IMG/VR virus record: IMGVR_UViG_2744054912_000007
Source: a virus
Taxonomy: Duplodnaviria; Heunggongvirae; Uroviricota; Caudoviricetes
DNA: 55,613 nucleotides
Strand: one strand, 5' to 3'
The notes under the pieces were generated by a model, which worked only from the letters and a program-made list of their open reading frames with translations, was not told where the DNA came from and searched no databases. The position numbers and the translations under genes were made by a program. Position 1 is the stretch's first letter. Every line of letters begins with the position of its first letter. This document shows positions 21,829 through 31,692 of this stretch, one piece after another.

Positions 21829-23215
21829 TGATTTCCATCAGCATTACACTCTGATTTTTTAATTCATCGATCACTTCCTCTGGACGGGAATCCTGATCGA
21901 TAAATTTCAACGCCTGCAACACCCGAACCGCATCAATCTGACGTATATCACCGCCCTGACGCAATGACTGAACAGCCAGCGCGGAGGATGAGTCAAACAC
22001 CTGGGCAGATACATCCAGTTCAGTGCGCACATCCACATTGCCACCGCAACTCTCTCCGATCCATTCCGCCATTATCTGGAGAATATTATCGAGGGCATCT
22101 TCGAGGGAGTTCGCCATTGTATAAAGCGGCGAGTTTTCCTGCATTCGCTCTTCATTAGTCTGATCAACAGATTTGGTGGATGTATTTTCAGCACGCAGAA
22201 GTTTAGCGCCGGCATGACGCATCTGATTTTCCAGCTTCTCAAGTGATGTTTCGCCAGATTCTATCGCTGCGCCACTATGTTCAACATATTCGAGGCCATT
22301 TTTTGTTCTGTCCTCAAAAATCGTAGCGGTGGATGCACCAACCGTCAGTTCTTCATTCCTGTCCAGCCCGTAGGCCACCAGCAATGGAACGCGGGTAACA
22401 TGAAGAATATTGTCCTGCTCGCTCTGGCTTTGCCAGTGCTTGATATTCAGCAAGCCAAGATTAAGCAATGGCGGTGTACCACGCATAAATCCTGTTTTCT
22501 TCGTGTACAGTGTTACCAGAGGAATATCATCACGGCTGGTATTCCATGACTCATGAAGCGTCCAGACAGATTCGCCATTAGTGCCTTCGCTACGTCGATA
22601 AATTTCAACTCGACGGGGCATAATATGGCGGATCTGCTCCACCTTCTTCTGCCCGAAATCATCACCATCAATAATGATGACCTCTTTTATACGCAAATCA
22701 GTGAGAACAACTTTCCCTTTTTCAACTTTCGATTTCCATCCAATAACCTGGCGTGGATTCAGCATCGTAACGTACGGACGACCACCGGTCGCGTTTTCAT
22801 CGGCTTTTGTACGAATCTCTTTCATATCCGTTCGTGGATAGTCCACCAGCGCATGTGCCACACCATACTGAAATGCGAGGCTGAAAAATTGCTGCGCCCA
22901 CACATCCAGTCGGCTCCCCTCCATGTCGATATTTTCTGCATATTCCCTGATTTTTGCCGGCGTTTCCTCACTCAATACTGTCGGCTCTGCAAATATGCGC
23001 CCAATATTTTGCTTGATGCTTTCTTCATACACAGGAAGTAGCGTAGCCACAGACAGGCGTTTTTTATAAGCGTCTTCATCTTCGTTAGGCCATTTTGGGA
23101 GATAATTTTCCCCCTGCCTGCGCATTTCAAGCGTACCGCCCATCAGTGCGTCGTTAATATCCCACGCCTCCAGCATATCGTTATAGTCGAGGTTGGGTGT
23201 TGATATATCAGCCAT
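21809..23215 (-). CDS. Portal protein (468 aa)
   Basis: Immediately downstream of the large terminase gene with an acidic C-terminal region; the family is inferred from context. Confidence 0.75.
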   Translation of the reverse strand: MADISTPNLDYNDMLEAWDINDALMGGTLEMRRQGENYLPKWPNEDEDAYKKRLSVATLLPVYEESIKQNIGRIFAEPTVLSEETPAKIREYAENIDMEGSRLDVWAQQFFSLAFQYGVAHALVDYPRTDMKEIRTKADENATGGRPYVTMLNPRQVIGWKSKVEKGKVVLTDLRIKEVIIIDGDDFGQKKVEQIRHIMPRRVEIYRRSEGTNGESVWTLHESWNTSRDDIPLVTLYTKKTGFMRGTPPLLNLGLLNIKHWQSQSEQDNILHVTRVPLLVAYGLDRNEELTVGASTATIFEDRTKNGLEYVEHSGAAIESGETSLEKLENQMRHAGAKLLRAENTSTKSVDQTNEERMQENSPLYTMANSLEDALDNILQIMAEWIGESCGGNVDVRTELDVSAQVFDSSSALAVQSLRQGGDIRQIDAVRVLQALKFIDQDSRPEEVIDELKNQSVMLMEINDANRE

Positions 23216-23217
23216 AA

Positions 23218-24528
23218 TTAAATCCGAAGTGATGTGACTCTTCCGGTCGGTTTGACAATAGGGAATTGCTTAACGATGAAATAACCTCCGGCATCATTCG
23301 GGTGATCATTGCCAGATTTTTTATCAGGCTCCCCCTTCTCATCCCAGACCTGTTGCTCCAGAGATTCGGCATATAACGGGCAACGCTTCACATTAACTTT
23401 ATAGCGACGCTCACCATTGGCATTGCAGAACATTGCATTCATTGAGTTAACGCGATCTTTTACTGGCGGGTTCGAGCTGTTCACCACAACGTTAAAACCA
23501 GCCTGCTTAAGCTGGGCTATATCCGTCGTACTTGCGTTACTTGATTTTCTGGAATCCCCGGAAGCATCTGGATAAATATAAATTTCCCTCACTTTCCGGT
23601 AATCATTCCCATCATACAGCCAGAAGCGTTCTTTAATGATGCGGATCATATCCGGCGTATCGTAGGCATTGATGATTTCAGTTACCGCACATGGAAGCCC
23701 CAAACGCAGCACATGGACGATTCCCGCCATCTTTCCAACGTTAAAATCCATCCCAATATAAATCGGCTCCCCTGGCTGCTCCACTTCTTCGCAATTATTC
23801 AGTTTCCGGTCAAACTGATGGTAAACAGTACCACTTGTCAGGTTAGTAAACTGTCCTCGAAGATAGGCTTTAATCAGCTCTGGAGGGTATGATTCAAGAA
23901 GCGAAGGAATGTAATCTGCTGGCAGGTTCTTTTCATTATCGAAAGTAGATGCCTGCACCAGACCATACAGTGAGGCCAGCTCTGTTTTTTCACGCACGGC
24001 TTTAACAAACTGCTCGTAGACAAATTTGAATCCTTCCGGCGTGGTTGTAACGTCAATACCGTTGCGAAGTCCATCAATCTTATAACGCATACGTGCAATT
24101 ATCTTGCGCCACGCCGTTCTGGCTTTTTCCTTCGGCAAAATGTCCAGTTCATCCACCAACGCATTACCAATTTTGAAACCGACGATCGTTTGTGGCTTCT
24201 CCATCGATCTGCAGATAGTGGTTCCCCGATACTGGCGTCCGTAATAAAAGTGAACCTCTTTATTTCCCTCATTAATTTTTACGTTCAATCCCCAGTCAGC
24301 AGCAACTTCTTCCACTGTAGGGTAAAAAATATCGCGAATTTGGGGATACGTTGGCGCAAAATATCCCTGATTTATACCTGGATGCTCCCAAATCCCCTTG
24401 CATATGCCGCCACACCCAACCCATGTTTTGCCCGAGCCAAAACCAGCAATATAGGCTTTAAATTTATGGGGCATTGAAAGAAATCGCGCCTGAGGCACAT
24501 TAAGCGTCGGAGAGATCATCTTCATCAC
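23218..24528 (-). CDS. Terminase large subunit (ATPase/nuclease)
   Basis: Walker A-like AGFGSGKT near the N-terminus and acidic nuclease-type motifs C-terminally; overlaps the upstream small subunit gene. Confidence 0.85.
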   Translation of the reverse strand: MMKMISPTLNVPQARFLSMPHKFKAYIAGFGSGKTWVGCGGICKGIWEHPGINQGYFAPTYPQIRDIFYPTVEEVAADWGLNVKINEGNKEVHFYYGRQYRGTTICRSMEKPQTIVGFKIGNALVDELDILPKEKARTAWRKIIARMRYKIDGLRNGIDVTTTPEGFKFVYEQFVKAVREKTELASLYGLVQASTFDNEKNLPADYIPSLLESYPPELIKAYLRGQFTNLTSGTVYHQFDRKLNNCEEVEQPGEPIYIGMDFNVGKMAGIVHVLRLGLPCAVTEIINAYDTPDMIRIIKERFWLYDGNDYRKVREIYIYPDASGDSRKSSNASTTDIAQLKQAGFNVVVNSSNPPVKDRVNSMNAMFCNANGERRYKVNVKRCPLYAESLEQQVWDEKGEPDKKSGNDHPNDAGGYFIVKQFPIVKPTGRVTSLRI

Positions 24529-25594
24529 TCCTTACTCTGGCATCAACCACATTAATATTGATCGCCACAGGCTGGGGATGTTCATTATCTTCCACCGTTT
24601 CGATCTCTTTGCGCAGCTTCTGGTTTTCCATTCTGCGCCGTTCAATTTCCAGTTCCTGTAGCCGTTTATCTGCACATAAAGCCCCGCCAGCAGAAAACAA
24701 ACGCAACAATTCACGCCGGGCGGCAGCCTTATCCTCCAGCAGGATCTCAACGCCGAATTTTCCGAATTTTGCCCCTGCATATAATTGCCGCGCATCCCCA
24801 TCAAGCAGAGTGGTATCAGCCATATAAAGCTGTCCCGTTCCCTCACCGCAGCACTTCGGGCAGTCCGGATTGGGTATGGCGTTATCAACAAAGCCGAGGC
24901 CTCCATATTCCGGTTCGGGTTTGCCATCTCTGGAAGCCTGCGCCGCTGCCTTGTCGAATTCTGCTATATCGCGCCACTGGTAGAGATGATTCTCGCCCCA
25001 GCAATAACGGCAGTTAACACGGCGAAATTGTGCAAGCTGATTGGGGTCGGCCAGGACAATAGCCATCAACTGACTCACTAGTAAATCCAGGTCTGCGGTA
25101 TAGCGTTTCTGGTACTGATTGCGGAAGTAGCTGATAGCGCGAAAAACCCTGGCATTTCTAAGCATACGACTGGCGTTGCTGTTAGCTGTCGCACCTTGCC
25201 CCTCATAACCGGCTAGTCGGTACGCCTCTGTCGGCTTTTTACCCTGAGCAACAAGCATCGCAAACTTAGCCTGCTGGTCAGAAATGCCGAATTCATCGGG
25301 ACAGAACGAAAATTCCTCCGCGTCGCCCTCATTCAGGCCCGCATCGAATACTGGCTTTTTTTCCTGAGATTTTTCGTTCCGCTTTTGTGCAGTCTGCGCA
25401 GATTTTTTCTGCGCACTTTTTTGCGCAGTTTTGCACATTTCTGTCTGCGCATTTTTCGGAGTTTTTTTGATGTAACGACGGGCTGTTGCGTAATTCAGTC
25501 CCCTTGCTTCACACCATGCCACCGGAGATATACCGGAGCGGGTGTATTCAGCAATATACTCCTGCTGCAACGCCCCCCAGTCCGGTCTGCTCAT
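24500..25594 (-). CDS. Terminase small subunit (364 aa) with N-terminal HTH
   Basis: N-terminal HTH (ATARRYIKK), central basic region and C-terminal coiled coil, directly upstream of the large subunit. Confidence 0.65.
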   Translation of the reverse strand: MSRPDWGALQQEYIAEYTRSGISPVAWCEARGLNYATARRYIKKTPKNAQTEMCKTAQKSAQKKSAQTAQKRNEKSQEKKPVFDAGLNEGDAEEFSFCPDEFGISDQQAKFAMLVAQGKKPTEAYRLAGYEGQGATANSNASRMLRNARVFRAISYFRNQYQKRYTADLDLLVSQLMAIVLADPNQLAQFRRVNCRYCWGENHLYQWRDIAEFDKAAAQASRDGKPEPEYGGLGFVDNAIPNPDCPKCCGEGTGQLYMADTTLLDGDARQLYAGAKFGKFGVEILLEDKAAARRELLRLFSAGGALCADKRLQELEIERRRMENQKLRKEIETVEDNEHPQPVAININVVDARVRSDEDDLSDA

Positions 25595-25597
25595 CAG

Positions 25598-25849
25598 TTA
25601 GTCCTGATTTTTATCCACCCTGAGTAGTTCGCGCAGAGCAAAGGCATCCCCTTTTCTGGCAAGCTTAAACAATGCCGCTCGTAACTCGGCTTCACCTTTC
25701 GCTCTGCCCTTACGGATGGCCGCATAAAAATCTGTCATTGCTTCCCGATTTTCTTTCAGTCGGTTCAGATCAACATCCAGAACGTCAGCGATTTGTTGTG
25801 CAGTCATCCGGCACGCTGCCAGAGACTCGACTTTCGAATACGGAATCAT
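25598..25849 (-). CDS. Small HTH DNA-binding protein (possible packaging accessory)
   Basis: HTH-like segment TAQQIADVLDVDLNRL. The 5' end overlaps the upstream gene, so the true start is probably the internal Met at about 25807. Confidence 0.35.
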   Translation of the reverse strand: MIPYSKVESLAACRMTAQQIADVLDVDLNRLKENREAMTDFYAAIRKGRAKGEAELRAALFKLARKGDAFALRELLRVDKNQD

Positions 25850-26738
25850 TTGTCACCCCCATTGATATGCAGGGTGTCTTCTTCCTGTATTTTTCGTGAA
25901 GGATTTTTACTGCAGCGTTGTTCCAGGTGACCTGATGGTGAATGCGTTTATGGCTGGCACCCATCAGTGAGATTTTTACGCACGACGGCGCATACATGAC
26001 GGAGTAAAAACTTTTAACGTAGGTTCCGGAATCCAGATACAGCTCGGTCATTCCGCCGCTGTTTTTCTGCGTCTGTTTCTGCCCTAACTGGACAGCACCG
26101 ATCGTCATAAACAATTCACCACAGCGACCGAGATTCGTGTACGTATTCACATCCTCGTTAATGCGCCCCATGAATGAGAACGGTCGATCAACCGAACAGA
26201 TAAAGCTGTTCATTGCCTTGCGTTTCACCCACGAAGCATGGCCGCCATTGTCACCAAGAAAATCCCCGCCCTGCGACATAGCGATGGAAAGAGCAGGTAT
26301 TGATTCGTAGTACGCCAGCATTTCAGAAAGGATCGCATCCAGTTTCCTTATCGGAAAATAGGCCTGGTCATAGTTGCGATCCACCCGAAACTGGAACTCG
26401 TGATAATCATCATCGAGCTGAATGAAGTATTTACACCCGACCAGTTTTGCCAGGTCGAAACAGGCATTACGGGCGTAAAAAATTGAGCGGCGGTCACAGA
26501 AATTATCGGCTTCGTCAAAACGACTGGCGATATCGGCTTTGGAAAACACCAGCACCTGTTCACCAAATTCATCCATGTACTGATTTCGTGTCTTATCTTC
26601 ATCATCAACAACGATAAAAATTTTCCCGGTATAGCCAGCACGACGCAACGTCCGGTAAGTCAGAACTTTGTCCGGTCGCCCGTGAGTCAGAATAAAGGCG
26701 CAAAAATCATCACGCATATTCCTCCTCCTCACCACCAT
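25785..26738 (-). CDS. Hypothetical protein with GT-A-like (nucleotide-sugar transferase-like) DxD motifs
   Basis: N-terminal beta-alpha-beta pattern FILTHGRPD...KIFIVVDDED and a later FIQLDDDY acidic motif. No SAM-binding or DPPY methyltransferase motifs were seen. Confidence 0.4.
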   Translation of the reverse strand: MVVRRRNMRDDFCAFILTHGRPDKVLTYRTLRRAGYTGKIFIVVDDEDKTRNQYMDEFGEQVLVFSKADIASRFDEADNFCDRRSIFYARNACFDLAKLVGCKYFIQLDDDYHEFQFRVDRNYDQAYFPIRKLDAILSEMLAYYESIPALSIAMSQGGDFLGDNGGHASWVKRKAMNSFICSVDRPFSFMGRINEDVNTYTNLGRCGELFMTIGAVQLGQKQTQKNSGGMTELYLDSGTYVKSFYSVMYAPSCVKISLMGASHKRIHHQVTWNNAAVKILHEKYRKKTPCISMGVTNDSVFESRVSGSVPDDCTTNR

Positions 26739-27501
26739 GCATGATCTCCACCATGCGCTGCGTCATCCGGACAAATCCATTTTCAATAGCCTGCTGATAA
26801 TCAATGATCACCAGCGCCGACTCCTCGAAAAAACACTGAATTTCAGAGGGGGCGTGAGCGTAATAGTCCGCAATTCTGCTGAAATTAAACACCGTGTGAC
26901 GTTCTGCCGCACACAGGAGGAATTTCTCAATATCAGGCTCAAGGGACGCCGAACGTATCCGGCTGATCAGCTCCTGAGTTTTCGTATCGTCGTACAGTTC
27001 ACTGATATCCGGTTTACCGCCCGACGGCTCATAAACAGGCGTATCAATTTTCGTCGTATACGGCTCCTCCTCATTTCCTGTACCGGGCAAAACATCCGTC
27101 AACAGTTCATCAATTTCTGTCGGGATGAAGCCTGTCAGGGAGACATCAAAATCAGCATTGATTAGGTCCGACAGCTCCATCCGCAACAGATCTTCATCCC
27201 AGCCAGCATTCATCGGCAGGCGATTATCTGCCAGGCGGTACGCCTTTTTCTGCTCATCCGTCAGGCCAGACAGAACAATGACCGGAACAGAATCCATTTT
27301 GAGCATTTCAGCCGCCATAACACGACCGTGACCCGCAATAATTTCGCCCTTTTCGTCAATCAGCACCGGATTAGTCCAGCCGAATTGCTTAATACTTTCT
27401 ACCAGTTGTGCCACCTGCTCAGGGCTGTGCGTCCTGGCGTTGTGCGCATACGGTGACAATTCTTGTAATGGGCGATAGACTATCTTTAATTTCTCGCTCA
27501 T
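26710..27501 (-). CDS. ParB-like nuclease domain (ParB/Srx fold) protein
   Basis: Conserved ParB N-terminal motif region (TNPVLIDEKGEIIAGHGRVMAA) followed by an acidic C-terminus; located upstream of the terminase genes. Confidence 0.75.
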   Translation of the reverse strand: MSEKLKIVYRPLQELSPYAHNARTHSPEQVAQLVESIKQFGWTNPVLIDEKGEIIAGHGRVMAAEMLKMDSVPVIVLSGLTDEQKKAYRLADNRLPMNAGWDEDLLRMELSDLINADFDVSLTGFIPTEIDELLTDVLPGTGNEEEPYTTKIDTPVYEPSGGKPDISELYDDTKTQELISRIRSASLEPDIEKFLLCAAERHTVFNFSRIADYYAHAPSEIQCFFEESALVIIDYQQAIENGFVRMTQRMVEIMHGGEEEEYA

Positions 27502-27638
27502 ACAGCCTTGCTTTATGAATAAAACGCACCCCAGCAGCCAGTGCTACTGGGGACGGAGGGGTTGCTGGTAAAGTTAGGTATTGGATCAATGAGTGAGTCA
27601 ACATAATATTAAACTCACAATTATAAATCAGCCATATA

Positions 27639-29096
27639 TTAGGAGCGCCAAAAAAAACCTGAAAACAATATAATAACAGGATAAATTTCAAGGCGACCAA
27701 GAATCATAGCTATGCACATTAAACATTTTGCAATGTCATTAAGCACTCCGAATGACGATGCAGTAGCCCCAAAACCTAATCCCATATTATTAATACATGC
27801 AGCCACTGTTGCAAATGATGTAAGAAAATCATATCCCATACCATTTAACACCAGTATAAAAAACACCGTGAAGAGAGTATAAAGAAAAAAGAAACTCCAT
27901 ACAGACCTCATTACACGATCTGTAACTATCTTCCCTCCTACATTTACACTCAACAACGCTCTGGGATGAGAAAGCTGATTTATCTCGTGTTTGCTTTGTT
28001 TGAAAAGTATAAGAAATCGAAGTGACTTAATTCCACCACAAGTTGAACCTATACATCCCCCAAAGAAACTTGACAACAGCAAAAACACTATCGTGTGCGT
28101 GGGCCAACTTGCATAATCCTGCGTAGCTAAACCATTATCAGTGAGCATGGAGCTGGCAAGAAAAAACGAATGAATAAAACTTCCATGCAAGTCATACATA
28201 CCTATATGCCAGACCTGGAAAGAGGTAACAATGATCACCCCTAAGGCTATTAACAGAAAGAAACGAAGTTCAATATCTCTGATTAAAGGTTTTATCGTTT
28301 TCCTGCTAATAACAATATACCAAAGAGTGAAGTTGAAAGCCGATAGCAGGGAAAAAGAACCAGCCACCAGCTCAACTAAATAGTTATTAAAATATCCGAT
28401 ACTCTCGCTATGAGTTGAGAAACCACCAAGCGAAACTGTGGAAATCCCGTGACAAATAGCATCAAACAAAGGCATTCCTGCAAGTCTATAACAGACAATA
28501 CAAGCAATACCTAATAAAGAATAAGTTATCCACAGTGTCCGTGACGTATCGGCCAGGCGGGGAGTGAGTTTGTCATCCTTAAATGGCCCCGGCATTTCTG
28601 ACTGATAAAGCTTTGCACCACCAATACCCAATAATGGCAATACAGCAACCGCCAGAACAATAACTCCTAAACCACCTATAAAATTTAACTGTGACCGATA
28701 GTACAAATATGCCCGAGGTAATGAACTAACATCATCAATTACAGTTGCTCCTGTTGTTGTTATTCCAGAAACCCCTTCAAACAGAGCATCAATGAACGTT
28801 AAATTAAGTTCTGAGTCAATCCATAAAGGGAATGCACTAATAACAGAAAACAAAATCCAAAACATTACAATTATAATAAACCCATCACGGGTACGTAATT
28901 GAATGCCAGATTTCTTAGTTGTATACCACGCTCCGCCACCAATGCAAAAAAATATAACGAAAGTTATAAAGAAAACGAACAGGCTTTTTTCTTTATAAAA
29001 CAATGCTACAACCATTGGTGGCAACATTGAAAGACTATAGAGCCAAACCAGGAACCCACACATATGAGTAACAACTCTTACATGAGATGTATTCAT
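27639..29096 (-). CDS. trkG: Trk-system potassium uptake protein TrkG (TrkH family)
   Basis: Polytopic membrane protein with repeated pore-loop-like segments (GxTTTGATV, GxGG). The likely start MNTSHVRVV gives 485 aa, the K-12 TrkG length; the track ORF extends to 29114. The gene and its flanks are visibly AT-rich. Confidence 0.85.
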   Translation of the reverse strand: MNTSHVRVVTHMCGFLVWLYSLSMLPPMVVALFYKEKSLFVFFITFVIFFCIGGGAWYTTKKSGIQLRTRDGFIIIVMFWILFSVISAFPLWIDSELNLTFIDALFEGVSGITTTGATVIDDVSSLPRAYLYYRSQLNFIGGLGVIVLAVAVLPLLGIGGAKLYQSEMPGPFKDDKLTPRLADTSRTLWITYSLLGIACIVCYRLAGMPLFDAICHGISTVSLGGFSTHSESIGYFNNYLVELVAGSFSLLSAFNFTLWYIVISRKTIKPLIRDIELRFFLLIALGVIIVTSFQVWHIGMYDLHGSFIHSFFLASSMLTDNGLATQDYASWPTHTIVFLLLSSFFGGCIGSTCGGIKSLRFLILFKQSKHEINQLSHPRALLSVNVGGKIVTDRVMRSVWSFFFLYTLFTVFFILVLNGMGYDFLTSFATVAACINNMGLGFGATASSFGVLNDIAKCLMCIAMILGRLEIYPVIILFSGFFWRS

Positions 29097-29233
29097 ATCT
29101 AAATATTCTTTCAATTATAACCACCTTGCTGCAATATTATGATTATACTGTATAAAATTTAACTCCTCTTAGATCTTACTTCACTGTTCCTTATGAAACA
29201 ATCATCAAAATAAATCATATTGTAGTTAAGATT

Positions 29234-29698
29234 TTACTTTAAACACTGCTCGGTTATGTATTGCTGAGCACCTTCAAGTTGGGCCTGCATCATTACCAGT
29301 CGTTCCCGGAGGGTGAAATAATCCCGTTCAGCGGTGTCTGCCAGTCGGGGGGAGGCTGCATTATCCACGCCGGAGGCGGTGGTGGCTTCACGCACTGACT
29401 GACAGACTGCTTTGATGTGCAACCGACGACGACCAGCGGCAACATCATCACGCAGAACATCATTTTCAGCTTTCGCATCAGCTAACTCCTTCGTGTATTT
29501 TGCATCGAGCGCAGCAACATCACGCTGACGCATCTGCATGTCAGTAATTGCCGCGTTCGCCAGCTTCAGTTCTCTGGCATTTTTGTCGCGCTGTTCTTTG
29601 TAGGCGATGGCGTTATCACGGTAATGATTAACACCCCATGACAGGCAGACGACGATGCAGATAACCAGAGCGGAGATAATCGCGGTTACTCTGTTCAT
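29234..29698 (-). CDS. Spanin, inner membrane subunit Rz (i-spanin)
   Basis: N-terminal TM helix, coiled-coil periplasmic domain, and the embedded Rz1 in another frame; directly downstream of the endolysin. Confidence 0.85.
   Translation of the reverse strand: MNRVTAIISALVICIVVCLSWGVNHYRDNAIAYKEQRDKNARELKLANAAITDMQMRQRDVAALDAKYTKELADAKAENDVLRDDVAAGRRRLHIKAVCQSVREATTASGVDNAASPRLADTAERDYFTLRERLVMMQAQLEGAQQYITEQCLK
29293..29478 (-). CDS. Spanin, outer membrane lipoprotein Rz1 (o-spanin)
   Basis: Fully embedded in Rz in another frame; lipobox (VVGC) and proline-rich PPPPAW region. Confidence 0.85.
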   Translation of the reverse strand: MRKLKMMFCVMMLPLVVVGCTSKQSVSQCVKPPPPPAWIMQPPPDWQTPLNGIISPSGNDW

Positions 29699-30192
29699 TG
29701 CTGACCCCACAAACAGATTTCACGCTCAATCTCACGACGAGTCATGAGACCTTTCCATTGCTTACCGCCAGCATATGTCCAGCGACGTAGCTGATCACAT
29801 GCGCCTTTGATATCGCCCTGGTTTATTTTGCGAAGAAGCGTCGATGTTCTGAAATTGCCAGCACCCACGTTGTAAACGAATGAGTAAAGAGCGCCGCGCG
29901 TTGTTTCCGGTATATCGACTTTGATGTACGGGTTAATTTGTCTGGCGACCGTGGCAAGGTCTTTATTCAGGAGGGCTTTGCATTCTGCTTTGGTATACGT
30001 TTTACCGAGCATGATGTCTTTTCCTGTATGCCCGTGACATACAGTCCATACACCAACAATATCTTTGTATGGTATGTAGCTGACACCTTCCAGACCATCG
30101 TTACCACTTGGGCCAGTGATTAACACTGATGCTATAGCAATTGCTCCGCCACCAATAGCAGCAGCAACGACTTTTCGTAATGATGGAGGCAT
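29695..30192 (-). CDS. SAR endolysin (phage 21 R-like lysozyme), 165 aa
   Basis: N-terminal Gly/Ala-rich weakly hydrophobic SAR segment ([20 protein letters not shown]) followed by a lysozyme-like domain; length equals R21. Confidence 0.85.
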   Translation of the reverse strand: MPPSLRKVVAAAIGGGAIAIASVLITGPSGNDGLEGVSYIPYKDIVGVWTVCHGHTGKDIMLGKTYTKAECKALLNKDLATVARQINPYIKVDIPETTRGALYSFVYNVGAGNFRTSTLLRKINQGDIKGACDQLRRWTYAGGKQWKGLMTRREIEREICLWGQQ

Positions 30193-30407
30193 TATTCACC
30201 TCTCGCAGCCTTGCGCTTATCTTCTTTAATCTTGAAATAAAGGTTTGTCAGGTACGTCAGCAGGCCAAATACCAGACTACCCAGCACACCGATTGCAGCC
30301 CACTGTGACGGAGTTACTCTATCGAGCAACTGTAAAAACCAGTAGCCAGCACTGCCTGCGGAGGTGCCGTAGGCAATGCCTGTTGAAATTTTGTCCATGG
30401 ATTTCAT
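30192..30407 (-). CDS. Pinholin (phage 21 S-like) with dual-start motif
   Basis: [24 protein letters not shown]... closely matches S21 as I recall it. There are two TM segments, and the Met-Lys-Ser-Met dual start gives antiholin and holin. The track ORF extends upstream to 30464. Confidence 0.85.
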   Translation of the reverse strand: MKSMDKISTGIAYGTSAGSAGYWFLQLLDRVTPSQWAAIGVLGSLVFGLLTYLTNLYFKIKEDKRKAARGE

Positions 30408-30508
30408 AGCCTCACCTCCGCACGGAACGGATGGCATAGTTATTATGTGTAGGCTTTCAGACACATCAATCAGAGCCTTAATTGATATATATGCTGGAGA
30501 CGATGCAA

Positions 30509-30532
30509 TATAAAAAGCTCGCCGTAGCGAGC
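30509..30532 (-). terminator. Intrinsic terminator between the moron lipoprotein genes and the holin
   Basis: Minus-strand GCTCGC-tacg-GCGAGC hairpin followed by TTTTTATATT, about 100 nt upstream of the holin start. Confidence 0.6.
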
Positions 30533-30658
30533 TAATAAAATGTATTTCTCTGATATTATGTTTATTTGTATTAGCTCAGACTTGACATCACAGGTTTCGT
30601 ATATAGAACATCATCAAATCTGTCAGTTTGCTATGAATGAGATATAGTAATTGAAGAG

Positions 30659-31054
30659 CTAACCTCGCATGTCAAAGCCAGATTTCTGAAAATCTCTGTA
30701 GACTTCCGGATTGTTGAAGGCCGGAAATTTGGCTTTATGAGCTGCGGACTTTATCGCTTCGCAATAGGCTTTATCACCGTTACTGGTAGATATTTTTAAC
30801 GCCGTGCCATCCTGAGAGAATTCCATATGCAACCTGCATTTTTTCCCTTTCCAGTTATGCGGCTCATCAAGTTTGGCATTAATTGCAGCTCTGATTCCCC
30901 GCGCTTGCGCCCCCCATTCATCCTGATCATCCCAGCGTCCTGAACTGCAACTACCTGTAGCAGTAGTTTTGTGGCAATCTGAAGGGTGTAAAGGTGTGCA
31001 TCCCGCAACAAAACCGACCCAAAAAGTCAACATAACGATTTTCTTTAATCCCAC
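30659..31054 (-). CDS. Lipoprotein with divergent TolA domain III-like C-terminal domain (moron)
   Basis: Lipobox (FVAGC) and a C-terminal GKKCRL...GD...YCEAI...AKFPAF...PEVYRDFQ pattern paralogous to the adjacent gene. Confidence 0.6.
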   Translation of the reverse strand: MGLKKIVMLTFWVGFVAGCTPLHPSDCHKTTATGSCSSGRWDDQDEWGAQARGIRAAINAKLDEPHNWKGKKCRLHMEFSQDGTALKISTSNGDKAYCEAIKSAAHKAKFPAFNNPEVYRDFQKSGFDMRG

Positions 31055-31204
31055 TTCTTGCTCCTCAATCCATTAAAATCTCAGCAATAGTAGTTGTTAC
31101 GTCCGCCACTGGCTCAGAGCTGACTATCCGCTAAATTTAGCTCAGTGCCGTAGCTGTGTCAGAACAAACCTAAGCCGAAACCGTTTATTACAAAACAATA
31201 AATA

Positions 31205-31633
31205 TCAGGGTTTAAAATCCAGCACCCCATTTTGAAATACTTTATATACTTCCGGCGAAGGGGGGGCAGGTATATCAGCATTCTTTATCGCATTCATCGC
31301 TTCACGACATAAATCGAGGTCTCCACTTTCTCTTTTAACCTCCAGTAGAAGGCCATTCGGGGCCATATGCATTCTCAGTGTACACTCTTTTCCTGAATAC
31401 TTACTCGCATCCCCGAACTGTTTTTCGATGGCGCTCTTGATTTGATGGGCATACAGACGGATATCCTCACTAACATCAGAAGTACGTTCAGATGAACTCA
31501 CATACTGTGTCTCTATTGCTTTATCGGAGTAATATGATGTACGGTCATGATAATTTGTCGATACAGCATCAGTGCACCCGATAATAATCCCACTAATAAT
31601 CAACGTAAGAATTGATGCGCTACGAAAACCCAT
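31205..31633 (-). CDS. Lipoprotein with TolA domain III-like C-terminal domain (moron)
   Basis: Lipobox (IIGC). The C-terminal 85 residues (YAHQIKSAIEKQFGDASKYSGKECTLRMHMAPNGLLLEV...LCREAMNAIKNADIPAPPSPEVYKVFQNGVLDFKP) align almost position by position with the TolA C-terminal domain as I recall it. Confidence 0.65.
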   Translation of the reverse strand: MGFRSASILTLIISGIIIGCTDAVSTNYHDRTSYYSDKAIETQYVSSSERTSDVSEDIRLYAHQIKSAIEKQFGDASKYSGKECTLRMHMAPNGLLLEVKRESGDLDLCREAMNAIKNADIPAPPSPEVYKVFQNGVLDFKP

Positions 31634-31662
31634 TTTTCCTCACATATGTCATATAGTAAAGG

Positions 31663-31692
31663 ATTATATATACCGTTGTTTTGGACGCTCAA
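31663..31692 (-). promoter_or_regulatory. Putative sigma-70 promoter for the lipoprotein moron
   Basis: Minus-strand TTGAGC, an 18-bp spacer, then TATAAT, about 30 nt upstream of the lipoprotein start, which has a GAGGA SD. Confidence 0.45.
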
